64,000 nt of DNA, from assembly GCA_038087875.1 (NCBI GenBank), contig JAXLNO010000073.1, positions 434,001 through 498,000 of the forward strand. The letters are read 5' to 3'. The notes beneath the pieces are model-generated. The model searched no databases. It saw nothing but the letters and a program-made list of their open reading frames with translations, and had not been told where the DNA came from. The position numbers and the translations under genes are program-made. The stretch comes from Malacoraja senta (lineage: Eukaryota). Shown in pieces: positions 39,360 to 51,887 of this stretch. How positions within the stretch are numbered: position 1 is the stretch's first letter; each line of letters begins with the position of its first letter.

Positions 39360-42300
39360 GCACTTTGCCCTTCGTCAGTCAGAGCATTGAGTATAGAAGT
39401 TGGGAGGTCATGTTACACAAGATGTTGGTGAGGCCACATTTAGAGCATTGTGTTCAGTTCTGGGCACCGTGTTACAGGAAAGATGTTGTCAAGCTGGAAA
39501 GGGCACAGAGAAGATTTACCCGGATGGTCACATGTTCTCGGAGTAGAACTACGCCATTCGGCCCATCGATTCTACCCCGCCATTCAATCATGGCTGATCT
39601 CTGCTTCCTAATCCCATTTTCCTGCCTTTGCCCCAAAACCCTTGACACCCGTTCTAATCAAGAATTTGTCTGTCTCTTCCTTAAGATTATCCACTGACTT
39701 GGCCTCCACAGCCCTCTGTGGCAATGAGTTCCACAGGTTCACTATCCTCTGATTAAAGGAGTTCCTCCTCACCTTTCGAAATGAGCACCCTTCAATTCTG
39801 GTCGTAGACTCTCCCACCAGTGGAAACATCCTCTCCACATCCACTCTATCCAGGCATTTCATTATTTTGTACGTTTCAATGAGGTCCCCCCTCAACCTTC
39901 TAAACTCCAGCGAGTACAGGCCCAGTGTTGTTAAACGCTTATCGTACGTTAACCCACTCATAGCTGGAATCATTCTTGTAAACCTCCTCTGGACCCTCTC
40001 CAGAGCCAGCACATCCTTCCTCAGATATGGGGCCCAAATTTGCTCACAATATTCCATATAAGGCCTGACCAGTGCCTTATAGAGCCTCAGCAGTACATTC
40101 CTGTTTTTGTAATCCAGTCCTCTTGATATAAATGCTGTATTATATGGAATTTGTGATGAATTTGCCCTCCTTATTACTGATTCGACTAGCAAATTAGTTT
40201 TTTGGAAGGTCCTGCACCTCCGATTTCTATATTCTCAAGACCTGGATGACATAGAAGCATAGACAATAGGTGCAGGAGCAGGCCATTCAGCCCTTCGGGC
40301 CAGCACGGCCATTCAATGTGATCATGGCTGATCATCCACGATCTGTACCCCGTTCCTGCTTTCTCCCCATATCTCTTGATTCCTTTTGCCCTAAGAGCTA
40401 AATCTAACTCTCTATTGAAAACATCCAGTGAATTGGCCTCCACTGCCTTCTGTGGCAGAGAATTCCACAGATTCACAACTCTCTGGGTGAAAATGCTTTT
40501 CATCAGTCCTAAATGGCCGACCCCTTATTCTTAAACTGTGACCCCTAGTTCTGGACATTGTCCCGATGTTACCAGGACTAGGGGGACTGAGCTATAGAGA
40601 GAGGTTGGAGTTCTCTATTCCTTGGAGCGCAGGAGGATGAGGGGTGATCTTATAGAGGTGTAGAAACATAGAAACATAGAAAATAGGTGCAGGAGGAGGC
40701 CATTCGGCCCTTTGAGCCAGCACCGCCATTCATTGTGATCATGGCTGATCGTCCCCTATCAATAACCCGTGCCTGCCTTCTCCCCATATCCCTTGATTCC
40801 ACTAGCTCCTAGAGCTCTATCTAACTCTCTCTTAAATCCATCCAGGAATTTAGCCGCCACTGCCCTTTGTGGCAGGGAATTCCATAAATTCACAAATCAT
40901 GAGTGGAATAGATCGGGTAGATGCACAGTCTTTTGCCCAGAGTAGAGGAATCGAGGACCAGAGGACATGGGTTTAAGGTGAGGGGAGAAAGATTTAAGAG
41001 GAACCTGAGGGATAACTATTTTTAAGGATGGTGTGTGTATGGAACGAGCTGTCTGTTGAGGTAGTTGCAGAAGGGACTATCAAACATTTGGACAGGTACA
41101 TGGATAGGATGGGTTTAGACCGGGTTATGAGCCAAATGCAAACTGTGTAAATGGGACAGCATGGTCAGCATGGGCAAGGTGGGCTGAACGGTCTGTTTCT
41201 GTGCTGTGTGAGTCCGAGATGAAAACAGAACTGACTGGAAACTGTCAGCAGGTCAGGCAGCATCTGCCAAGAGAGAGAAAGGCTTCGGTGCGGTGGCGCA
41301 GCGGGTAGAACTGCTGCCTCACAGCGACAGAGACCTGGGTTCGATCTCGACCGCGGGTGCTCTCTGTACGGAGTTTGCACGTTCTCCCCGTGACCTGCGT
41401 AGGTGTTTTCACGGGCGCTCCGGTTTCCTCCACACTCCAAAGACGTGCGGGTTTGCTAGGTTTAATTGGCTTTTGTAAAAACCTGTATAAATAACTTCTC
41501 CCTCCGCAAGATGAAAGAGCTGGTGACAAAATGCTGGAGTAACTCAGTGGGTCAGGCAGTCAGCATTTTCTGTCTTCACACTTTGGAGATACAGCACGGA
41601 AACAGGCCCTTCGGCCCACCGAGTCCGCGCCGACCGGCGATCCCCGTACACTGGCACCATCCTACACACTATGGGGCAATTTACAATTTTTACCGAAGCT
41701 AGTTCACCTGCAAACCTGCACGTCTTTGAGATGTGGGAGGAAGCCAGAGTACCCGGAGAAAACCCACACAGGTCACGGGGAGAACGTACAAACTCCATAC
41801 AGGCAGCACCCAAGGTCAGGATCAAACTCAGGTCCCTGATGTTGTAAGGCTACACCGTCTACCACCGTCGCCTCATTGAGCTGTGCAGTATGGAGACAGG
41901 CCCTTCAGCCCACCATGTCCATACTGACCCAAGTTGGCATACTTGGATAGTCCCTTTTGCCCTGCATTTGGCCCCTGTCTCTCCAAACCCTTCCAGTCCA
42001 TACTTCAGTCCAAATATCTTCAGATTCAGGGACAGTTTCTTCCAGCTGAACCATCCTACCACAACCAGAGAGCAGTGCTGAACTACTATCAGACTTTACT
42101 GGCTTTACCTTGTACTCAACTTTATTCCCTTTATCATGTATGTGCCCACTCTGGATGGCTCAATTGTAATGTGTAGGAAGGAACTGCAGATGCTGGTTTA
42201 AACCCTAGATAGACACAAAAAGCTGGTGTAACTCAGTGGGACAGGCAGCATCACTGGAGAGAAGGAATGGGTGACGTTTCGGGTCGAGACCCTTCTTCAG

Positions 42301-43535
42301 ACTGTAATATGTGTTGTGATCATGTGTTGCCTTTCCGCTGGCTAGTTAGCACGCAACAAACGCTTTTCACTGTACCGGTGCACGTGGCAAAAAAACTCAA
42401 CTCAACTCGAAGGGCCTGTTTCCATGCCCTAGGGCTTGTGCCCATGGGGACTTCAGCACATGGACCCAGTAGATAGATCCCACCGCTCACCGCAACAAGG
42501 TTCGGCAGGTGTTGCCCGCGCGGCGATAAATCACTAGAAAATAGACCCAAAATGATGTAATAATGGTGCCATGGTGGCCTAGCGGTAGAGCTGCTGCCTC
42601 ACAGTGCCAGACACACTGCTGCGATCCTGCCTTCTGATCAGCATGGGCAAGGTGGGCCCAAGGCTCTGTTTCTGTACTGTATGTCTGAGATAGACACAGA
42701 ACTCATTGGAAACACTCAGCAGGTCAGGCAGCATCTGCCGAGAGAGATACAGGCTTCGCATTCCTGGGGGGGCGGGGGGCACAGTGGCGCAGCGATAGAG
42801 TTGCTGCCTCACAGTACCAGAGACCCAGGTTCAATCCAGGTGCTGTCTGTACGGAGTTTGCACGTTCTCCCAGTGACCTGCGTGGGTTTTCTCCGAAATC
42901 TTCGGTTTCCTCCCCAACTCCAAAGACGTACAGGTTTGTGGGTTAATTGGCGTGATATAATTGTATAATTGTCCCAAGTGTGTGTAGGGTAGTGTTAGTG
43001 TGCGGGGATCGCTGGTCGGCGCGGACTCAGTGGGCCGAAGGGCCTGTTTCCGTGTTGTATCTCTAAACTAAACTAAACTAAACTCAGGCTGGATAGGCAG
43101 CATCACTGGGGAAGGAATGGTTGATGTTTCGGGTTGAGACCTTTCTTCAGAGATGCTGCCTGTCCCGCCGAGTCACATAGAAAATAGGTGCAGGAGTAGT
43201 CCATTCGGCCCTTCGAGCCAACACCCATTCAATATAATCATGACTGATCATCCAGAATCAGCACCCCGTTCCTGCTTTCTCCCCATATCCCTTGATTCCG
43301 TTAGCCCAAAAAGCTAAATCTAACTCTCTCTTGAAAACATCCAGTGAATTGGCCTCCACTGCCTTCTGTGTCAGAGAATTCCACAGATTCACAACTCTCT
43401 GGGTGAAAAAGTTTTTCCTCATCTCAGTCCTAAATGGCCGACCCCTTATTCTTAAACTGTGTGGCCCTGGTTCCGGACTCCCCCAACATCAGAAACATTT
43501 AATCCCTTAATAATTTTTATATGTTTCTATAAGAT
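39360..43535. mobile_element. Nested cluster of CR1 3' fragments and HE1-type SINEs
   Basis: Repeated CR1 C-terminal translations (e.g. 39608-40192); SINEs at about 41285, 41585-41860 and 42777-43085. Confidence 0.75.
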
Positions 43536-43537
43536 CC

Positions 43538-44860
43538 TCTCGCCTGTGGTGATGAAGTGCTTTGAGAGGTTGATCATGACGCAGATCAACTCCTACCTCG
43601 ACAAAATACTGGACCCACTGCAGTTCGCTTACTGCCACAACAGATCAACGGTGGATGCAATCTCGCTGGCCCTCCACTCCGCTCTGGACCACTTGGACAA
43701 CAAAAACTCATATGTCAGGCTGTTATTCATCGATTACAGCTCGGCATTTAATACAATCATCCCCTCCAAGCTGGTTACCAAGCTCGCAGAACTGGGTCTC
43801 TGCGCATCCCTCTGCAATTGGATCCTCGACTTCCTCACTCTCAGACCACAGACTTTTCGTATTGGTGGAAATGTGTCAGCCTTGATAACAATCAGCATGG
43901 GAGCACCTCAAGGCTGCGTGCTCAGCCCCCTGCTGTACTCACTCTATACTCATGACTGCGTAGCCGGTCACAGTGCGAACTCCATCATCAAGTTCGCTGA
44001 CGACACCACTGTTGTGGGACGTATCACTGATGGGGAGAGTCAGAGTATAGAAGAGAGATCGAGCAACTGTCCATATGGTGCCAGCACAATAACCTGGCCC
44101 TCAACACCAGCAAAACCAAGGAACTGATTGTGGACTTTGGAAGGGGTAGGATGGGGACCCACAGTCCCGTTTATATCAACGGGTCGATGGTTGAAAGGGT
44201 CAAGAGCTTCAAATTCCTGGGCGTGCACATCTCTGAAGATCTTTCCTGGTCCGAGAACAATGATACAATTATTAAGAAAGCACATCAGCGCCTCTACTTC
44301 CTGAGAAGATTACGGAGAGTCGGTTTGTCAAGGAGGACTCTCTCTAACTTCTACAGGTGCACAGTAGAGAGCATGATGACCGGTTGCATCGTGGCTTGGT
44401 TCGGCAACTTGAGCGCCCTGGAGAGGAAAAGACTACAAAAAGTAGTAAACACTGCCCAGTCCATCATCGGCTCTGACCTCCCTTCCATCGAGGGGATGTA
44501 TCGCAAGTCGCTGACTCAAAATGGCTGGCAGTATCATCAAGGACCCACACCATCCTGGCCACACACTCATCTCCCTACTACCTTCAGGTAGAATGTACAG
44601 GAGCCTGAAGGCTGCAACGACCAGTTTCAGGAATAGCTACTTCCCCACAGCCATCAGGCTATTAAACCTGGCTCGGACATAACACTGAACTTTATTAGCC
44701 AATACTGTTATTTGCACTTTATCAGTATATTGATTCATGTGTGTATATATTTATAGAATGCCTTGTAGTCAATGCCTACTATGTTCTGTTGTGCTGAAGC
44801 AAAGCAAGAATTTCATTGTCCTACCAGGGACACATGACAATAAACTCACTTGAACTCATC
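43538..44860 (+). mobile_element. Rex1/Babar-clade LINE RT fragment
   Basis: [65 protein letters not shown]; frameshifted. Confidence 0.88.
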
Positions 44861-46449
44861 TATCCAACCTCCAGTGAATACAAGCCCAGCCGCTCCATTC
44901 TCTCAGCATATGACAGTCCCGCCATCCCGGGAATTAACCTGGTGAACCTACGCTGCACTCCCTCAATAGCAAGAATGTTCCTCCTCAAATTTAGGGGACC
45001 AAAACTGCACACAATATTCCAGGTGCGGTCTCACCAGGGCCCTGTACAACTGCAGTAGGACCTCCTTGCTCCTGTACTCAAATTCTCTCACTATGAAAGC
45101 CAACATGCCATGTGCTTTCTTCACTGCCTGCTGCACCTGCATGCATACTTTCAGTGACTGATATACAAGGACACCCAGGTATCGTTGCACCTCCCCTTCT
45201 TCTAATCTGGCATCATTCAGATAATAATCTGCCCTCCTGTTCTTGCCACCAGAGTGGATAACCTCACATTTACCCCCACCGTTTTCTGCAGTGCCTTCCC
45301 ATGCAATAAATCTCCAGATCGCACACACAAATCAGCGGCAAGGAATGCAGAGGCTGAGAGGTAAGATGTCGTGGCTTTTATTATTTTGTTCTTCACGCAT
45401 CGAAAGTTCACATCAACCGTGAGGCAGCAACGGTTTTACATTGGCAGAGCGGGACCCTGGGGGACAGAGATCGGCCGGTACAAGAGGGAGGATGGGGGAC
45501 AAGGGAATGGGAAGAGCAGGAGGAGGGGTAGGGGGAAAGAGGATGCGGGGGGGGGGAATGGGGAGGGGCAAGAGGAAGGGAACTGGGACAGTGGGGGAGG
45601 GGGGCAGCGGCACAGACCACCCCCGAGGGGTCAGGGTCAGAGCAGGAAGGGGCTGTAGGGCGTAGGGCAGGATCAGTGCACAGAACCTGTCATGTCCGCA
45701 CCCCCAGGGTTAGTGCACAGAGCTCAGACCCAGAGGCACATTCTGCCCCAAGTCAGGTCCCAACTCCCATCCCCCCCCCCAACACTGTCCACCCTTCCTC
45801 TGCTCATCCAACACCCCATCCTCTGCCCACCCGGCTCCCTTCCATGCCCTCCCTCTCCCTGCCATCTCCCCTCCCTCTCTCACCCCTCCCCCTCTCCTTC
45901 TCTCCCCCCCCTGCCCTCTCCCTTCCCCTCTCCCCTCCCCTCCTCTCCCCAGCCCTCTCCCCTCCTCCCCTACCCTCCCCCTCCTCCCTACCCTCCCCTC
46001 TGCCCTACCCCTCCCTCCCCTCTCCCCTACCCAGCAATCCCCTGCCCTCACTTCTCCCCTCCCCCTCGTCTCACCCTGCCCTGTGGGGGATGACAGGACA
46101 GTGGTGCCAAGTTACAGACAGCTAGACACTTGCATCAGACGTGCGCTGTGCCACGTGGGGCACGGCTGGGTCTGGTCCCTGCCCGCTTCTCCCCATCCCT
46201 GGGCATTTAGTCATCGACCCCCCACACAGGGTAACCTCTCTGCCGGGGTTGACGGGACACCCTGGTTCCTTCCCCCACCCCTCCAATCCCTGGGACAGTG
46301 CAGAGGGTGGGTTTTGGGGAGGGGTGACGGTTCGCTACAGAGGATGGGGGTTTGGGGCGGTGGACGGTGATGGGACGTCCCGGATGCTCTCCGTCCGGTG
46401 ACGGTGCAGAGGGTGGGTTTTAGGGAGGGGTGGTGGTGACAGTAATAGG

Positions 46450-47483
46450 ACGGTACAGAGGGTGTGGGTTTTGGGGCACTGCCCAGTGATGGGGGTCCTG
46501 GATGCTACCCGGCCTGGTTTGGTACAGAGGGTGGGGGTTTTGGGGCGCTGCATGGTGATGGGGGTCCCGGATGCTGCCCGGCCTGGTTTGGTACAGAGGG
46601 TGGGGGTTTTGGGTCGCTGCATGGTGATGGGGGTCCTGGATGCTGCCCGGCCTGGTTTGGTACAGAGGGTGGGGGATGTGGGGCGCTGCATGGTGATGGG
46701 GGTCCCGGATGCTGCCCGGCCTGGTTTGGTACTGAGGGTGGGGGGATGTGGGGCGCTGCATGGTGATGGGGGTCCCGGATGCTGCCCGGCCTGGTTTGGT
46801 ACAGAGGGTAGATGTTGGGGCGCTGTGTGGTGATGGGGGTCCCGGATGCTGACCGGCCTGGTTTGGTACAGAGGGTGGGGGTTTTGGGTCGCTGCATGGT
46901 GATGGGGGTCCTGGATGCTGCCCGGCCTGGTTTGGTACAGAGGGTGGGGGATGTGGGGCGCTGCATGGTGATGGGGGTCCCGGATGCTGCCCGGCCTGGT
47001 TTGGTACAGAGGGTGGGGGTTTTGGGTCGCTGCATGGTGATGGGGGTCCTGGATGCTGCCCGGCCTGGTTTGGTACAGAGGGTAGATGTTGGGGCAGTGC
47101 ATGGTGATGGGGGTCTTGGATGCTGCCCGGCCTGGTTTGGTACAGTGGGGTGGAGGTTTTGGGGCGCTGCCCGGTGATGGGGGTCCTGGATGCTACCCGG
47201 CCTGGTTTGGTACAGAGGGTAGATGGTTGGGGCGCTGCATGGTGATGGGGGTCCCGGATGCTGCCCGGCCTGGTTTGGTACAGAGGGTGGGGGATGTGGG
47301 GCGCTGCATGGTGATGGGGGTCCCGGATGCTGCCCGGCCTGGTTTGGTACAGAGGGTAGATGTTGGGGCACTGCCCAGTGATGGGGGTCCTGGATGCTAC
47401 CTGGCCTGGTTTGGTACAGAGGGTGGAGGTTTTGGGGCACTGCATGGTGATGGGGGTCCCGGATGCTGCCGGCCTGGTTTGGT
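46450..47483. repeat. G-rich 66-70-bp minisatellite (about 15 copies, runs into the gap)
   Basis: Unit GGTACAGAGGGTGGGGGTTTTGGGGCGCTGCATGGTGATGGGGGTCCCGGATGCTGCCCGGCCTGGTTT; period 69 (46521 to 46590). Confidence 0.93.
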
Positions 47484-47683
47484 NNNNNNNNNNNNNNNNN
47501 NNNNNNNNNNNNNNNNNNNNNNNNNNNNNNNNNNNNNNNNNNNNNNNNNNNNNNNNNNNNNNNNNNNNNNNNNNNNNNNNNNNNNNNNNNNNNNNNNNNN
47601 NNNNNNNNNNNNNNNNNNNNNNNNNNNNNNNNNNNNNNNNNNNNNNNNNNNNNNNNNNNNNNNNNNNNNNNNNNNNNNNNNNN
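47484..47683. other. Assembly gap (200 N)
   Basis: Run of N. Confidence 1.
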
Positions 47684-48071
47684 GGCCAAGTCAGTGGATA
47701 TTTTTTTTTTTTTTTTTTTTTAATATTTTTTTATTGGAGATGCGTACACAACCTAGTTACATCATTACAGTCTTACAGTCTTACATTTTTAAATTGATAA
47801 TATTGTTAAATATTATTACAATGTCTCCAATACTTTTTGCTTTTTTTTTTTTAAACTAAATAGAACTAAAGAGAAAGATGAAGTAAAGAAAGAAAAGAAA
47901 GAGAAGAGAAAAAAAAAAATAATAATAAAACAAAAAAAAACCAAAAAAACAAAAAAATTGAGAAAAGATAGTTAAAGGAGAATGGAAAAATTTATTAAAA
48001 TAGAAAACTTCATTCGAGATATATTCGTACATTTCTAGATATAGCATTTCATCCATTCTTTAGCCCGGGTG

Positions 48072-51000
48072 TTAGTCAGGTTCCTGTGCTGAACTGTTCT
48101 GACCCTTTAGGTAATCAATAAAAGGAGACCATGTTCCAATGAATAATTCCTGTTTGTCCAACAGGGAGAGTCTGATTCTTTCCACGTTTAAGGTCTCCGT
48201 CATTTCTATAATCCACATTTTGATTGTGGGGGTCGTAGGGCCTTTCCAAAATTTTAGAATTAATTTTTTTCCTGTTATTAAACTATAATCAATAAAGTTT
48301 CTTTGTGTTGTTCTAAATGTTTGATTTAATTCTAATATTCCAAGTATTATTAATTTTGGGTCTGGGTCCAATTGTGTGCTGGTTACTTTAGATATTATAC
48401 TGAAAATATTTACCCAGAGTTGTTTAATTTTTATACAGTTTGCAAACATATGAGATAAGGTAGCTTCTAAATGTTGACATTTATCACATATAGGTGAGAT
48501 ATGTTGAAAAATTTTATGTAGTTTTGTTTTAGAATAATGTAACCTATGTATTACTTTAAATTGTATTAGAGAATGTCTGGCGTTTAATGAACATTGATGT
48601 ATGTGTTGCAAACTTTCTTCCCAAGTATCTTTCGTTATTATTTGATTTAATTCTTTTTCCCATGTTTGTCTGTGTAAGTCCGTCGATGGAATGTCACTGT
48701 CTAATAAGATATTATATATATATGATATTAATTTTTCTGTATTAGGATGTTTGTTCCAACATTCATCAAGAATTTCTGAATTTCTAATTCTAAAATTTTG
48801 AGTATTTGATTTTACGTAATCTCTAAGTTGAAGATATCTGAAGTAATCATTTCCTCGAAGTCCGTAAGTCTGTTGCAACTCCTGAAATGTCAGAAAAGTG
48901 CCTTCCTTGTAAAGTTGTCCCATATTTTTAATTCCATAATTCTTCCATTGTGTAAAACCCCCGTCCAACCATGAAGGCTTAAACAAAGGGTTATTCACAA
49001 TTGGAAGAAAAAGTGATAAATTATCTAATTTTAATGTCTTTTTTAATTGTTTCCAAATTCGTATAGCACTAAATATTATAGGGTTTTCCCTATAAATTTT
49101 TTTGTTTAATTTAGACGTAGCAAATAAAATCGAACCGATATCAAAAGGTAAACAATCTTCCTTTTCCATTTTTAACCAGTCTGGTTGATGATCTATTTCT
49201 TCCAACCAGAAATTCATATTTTTAATATTAACTGCCCAGAAATAAAACAAAAAGTTGGGTAAAACCAAGCCTCCATTTATTTTTGATTTACACAAATGTC
49301 TTTTGTTTATCCTATGATTCTTATAATCCCAGATAAAATCATTAACAATAGAGTCCAGTTTTTTAAAAAAGGTTTTTGCCAGATATATCGGTAATGTCTG
49401 AAACAGGTATAATATTTGCGGTAAAAAAATCATTTTTATGGCATTAATTTTGCCTACCATTGAGATAGGAAGTGTTTTCCAGTATTGAATATTCTTATGT
49501 AGTTTATTTAGTAATGGTGGAAAATTTGCTTTAAATAATGATGTATATTTCTTAGTTATATAAATACCTAGATATTTAAATTTTTCCTTTACTATTTTAA
49601 ATGGATATTGTTGTATTATCTGTTTGTTATGTTCCCTTATTGGCATAATTTCACTTTTATTCCAATTTATTCTGTATCCTGAAAGTGAACCAAATTGGGT
49701 TATTAGCTTTAATAAGTTTGGAATACTAATTTCTGGTTTTGTAATATAAATTAATACATCATCTGCATATAGAGAAATCTTATTCACTGTGTCCTTTGTG
49801 TTATATCCGTGTATTTCCGGATGCCCCCTGACTCTTTCTGCAAGTGGCTCAATAGCGAGCGCAAATAATAATGGAGATAACGGGCATCCTTGTCTACAAC
49901 CTCTAGATAGACTAAATTTAGATGACAACCTTTGGTTTGTAAATATTCTAGCCGTGGGATTTGTATATAACAGTTTTATCCATGTACAGAATTTCTCCCC
50001 TAACTGCATATTTTCCATCACCGAAAATAAATAAGACCATTCGACCTGATCAAATGCTTTTTCAGCGTCAAGTGAGATTATTGCTAGATCTTCATTAATA
50101 TTTCTCTTGGAATATATAATATTAAATAATCTTCTTAGGTTATAATATGAGTACCGTTTCTGAATAAAGCCTGTTTGATCAGGGTGTATTAATTTATTCA
50201 TCATTGTACTTAATCTATGCGCTAGTATTTTAGTTAATATTTTCTGATCTGTATTTAAAAGTGCGATTGCTCTATATGATCCCGGGTCTTCCAGATCTTT
50301 ATCAGCTTTAGGAATAAGTGTTATTATAGATTCATTTAAGGTGTCTGGAAGTTTCTGTTGAGTATAGATATACTCGTACAACCTTTGTAAACGTGGACAA
50401 AGCAAGTCATGAAATTTTTTATAAAATTCGGAGCCTAAACCATCTGGTCCTACTGCTTTCCCATTTTTTAAAGAGCCGATTGACTCCTCAATATCTTTTA
50501 TGGTAATCTCCCTTTCTAATAATTCTCTATCGTTTGAATCTAAACCTTTTAAATTACATTTTAGTAAAAAATCTGCTATTCCTTCTGATTGTCCTACGGT
50601 TTTAGTTGAATAAAGGTTATGATAGTATTGGAGAAATCTATCATTTATGTCCTTGGGCATTTTTAATAATTCTCCTGTCTCTGTTCTAATTTTATGAATT
50701 ATTTTTTCCCCTTCCATTTTTCGTAACTGACGTGCTAATAGTTTTTGTGGTTTGTCTCCAAATTCAAAATGTAATTGTTTGGTTTTTTGATAAAGTTTTA
50801 TTACTTGTTCTGAATACATTTTATTTAATTTATATTTCAATACAGCAATTTTATTATGTTTTAAAATAGATGGCGTTCTCGCATTTTCTATATCTAGTTG
50901 CTTGATTTCCCTTTCCAATGTTTGTTGTTTAATCCTGTTCTCTTTATTATAAAATGCTTGAGCGGAAATCAATGTACCACGAACAAACGCTTTAAACGTT

Positions 51001-51887
51001 TCCCACATAAGAGAAGTAGGTGTGTCAGGGTTGTCATTTACCTCAAAAAATATTTGAATCTGTTTAATAATATATTCCTGGCATGATCTTTCGTTCAAAA
51101 TTTGTGGGTTAAATCTCCAATATGTTTGTTTCTCGGACATTCCATTTAATTTAATCATGAATGTTACAGGTGCGTGATCTGAGATTATAATGTTATGGTA
51201 TTTTGAATTATAAATAAATGGGATAAACATAGAGTCAACCAAAAAATAATCTATTCTTGAGTATGTTTTATGTACTGGTGAGTAAAATGAGTATTCCCGT
51301 CCAGTTGGGTTTTCTATTCTCCAGACATCTTTAATATTAGTGGTATTAATAAATGAATTTAAAAATACACTTGATTGAGATTTTACTTTTTTTTGCCTTG
51401 AAGATCTATCTAAGTATGAATCTAATGTACAGTTAAAGTCTCCTCCAATTATTAATTTATATTGTGTAAATTCAGGAATTTTGTTAAATGTTTTATTAAA
51501 AAACATGGGGTTATCAAAGTTAGGCCCATATACATTAAGAAGAATCACTTTTTCTCCATTTAACTCTCCTACTAATATAATATATCTACCATCTATATCC
51601 ACTATTGTTGAAGAGTTCGTAAAATGTATTCCTTTACGAATTAGTATTGCAACTCCTCTGGATTTATGGGAAAAAGAGGAATGATATGATTCAGCGATCC
51701 ACTTTGCTTTAAGTCTATGTTGGGATTCCTTTTTAAGGTGCGTTTCTTGGAGGAATATTATATCTGTTTTGATTAGGTTTAGATGTGCCAAAACTTTACC
51801 TCTCTTAATTGGTTCATTGATTCCCTTGACATTCCAGCTACAAAATGTTATTCCCTGGCCCCCTCTTGTCATATTAACATCTTGCAT
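48072..51887 (-). CDS. L1 ORF2p: APE endonuclease, reverse transcriptase and C-terminal CCHC (1271 aa)
   Basis: SWNVKG, LQETH, GDFN, SRIDY, SDH endonuclease motifs; SLDAEKAFD, QGCPLSP, YADD, YLG RT motifs; CDKC...H...C knuckle; no stops. Confidence 0.97.
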   Translation of the reverse strand: MQDVNMTRGGQGITFCSWNVKGINEPIKRGKVLAHLNLIKTDIIFLQETHLKKESQHRLKAKWIAESYHSSFSHKSRGVAILIRKGIHFTNSSTIVDIDGRYIILVGELNGEKVILLNVYGPNFDNPMFFNKTFNKIPEFTQYKLIIGGDFNCTLDSYLDRSSRQKKVKSQSSVFLNSFINTTNIKDVWRIENPTGREYSFYSPVHKTYSRIDYFLVDSMFIPFIYNSKYHNIIISDHAPVTFMIKLNGMSEKQTYWRFNPQILNERSCQEYIIKQIQIFFEVNDNPDTPTSLMWETFKAFVRGTLISAQAFYNKENRIKQQTLEREIKQLDIENARTPSILKHNKIAVLKYKLNKMYSEQVIKLYQKTKQLHFEFGDKPQKLLARQLRKMEGEKIIHKIRTETGELLKMPKDINDRFLQYYHNLYSTKTVGQSEGIADFLLKCNLKGLDSNDRELLEREITIKDIEESIGSLKNGKAVGPDGLGSEFYKKFHDLLCPRLQRLYEYIYTQQKLPDTLNESIITLIPKADKDLEDPGSYRAIALLNTDQKILTKILAHRLSTMMNKLIHPDQTGFIQKRYSYYNLRRLFNIIYSKRNINEDLAIISLDAEKAFDQVEWSYLFSVMENMQLGEKFCTWIKLLYTNPTARIFTNQRLSSKFSLSRGCRQGCPLSPLLFALAIEPLAERVRGHPEIHGYNTKDTVNKISLYADDVLIYITKPEISIPNLLKLITQFGSLSGYRINWNKSEIMPIREHNKQIIQQYPFKIVKEKFKYLGIYITKKYTSLFKANFPPLLNKLHKNIQYWKTLPISMVGKINAIKMIFLPQILYLFQTLPIYLAKTFFKKLDSIVNDFIWDYKNHRINKRHLCKSKINGGLVLPNFLFYFWAVNIKNMNFWLEEIDHQPDWLKMEKEDCLPFDIGSILFATSKLNKKIYRENPIIFSAIRIWKQLKKTLKLDNLSLFLPIVNNPLFKPSWLDGGFTQWKNYGIKNMGQLYKEGTFLTFQELQQTYGLRGNDYFRYLQLRDYVKSNTQNFRIRNSEILDECWNKHPNTEKLISYIYNILLDSDIPSTDLHRQTWEKELNQIITKDTWEESLQHIHQCSLNARHSLIQFKVIHRLHYSKTKLHKIFQHISPICDKCQHLEATLSHMFANCIKIKQLWVNIFSIISKVTSTQLDPDPKLIILGILELNQTFRTTQRNFIDYSLITGKKLILKFWKGPTTPTIKMWIIEMTETLNVERIRLSLLDKQELFIGTWSPFIDYLKGQNSSAQEPD

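Noticed and set aside
46335..47859. Long Pro/His/Gln-rich ORFs
   Set aside because: Artefact of a stop-poor minisatellite with period divisible by three; ORFs appear in several frames on both strands and run through Ns.
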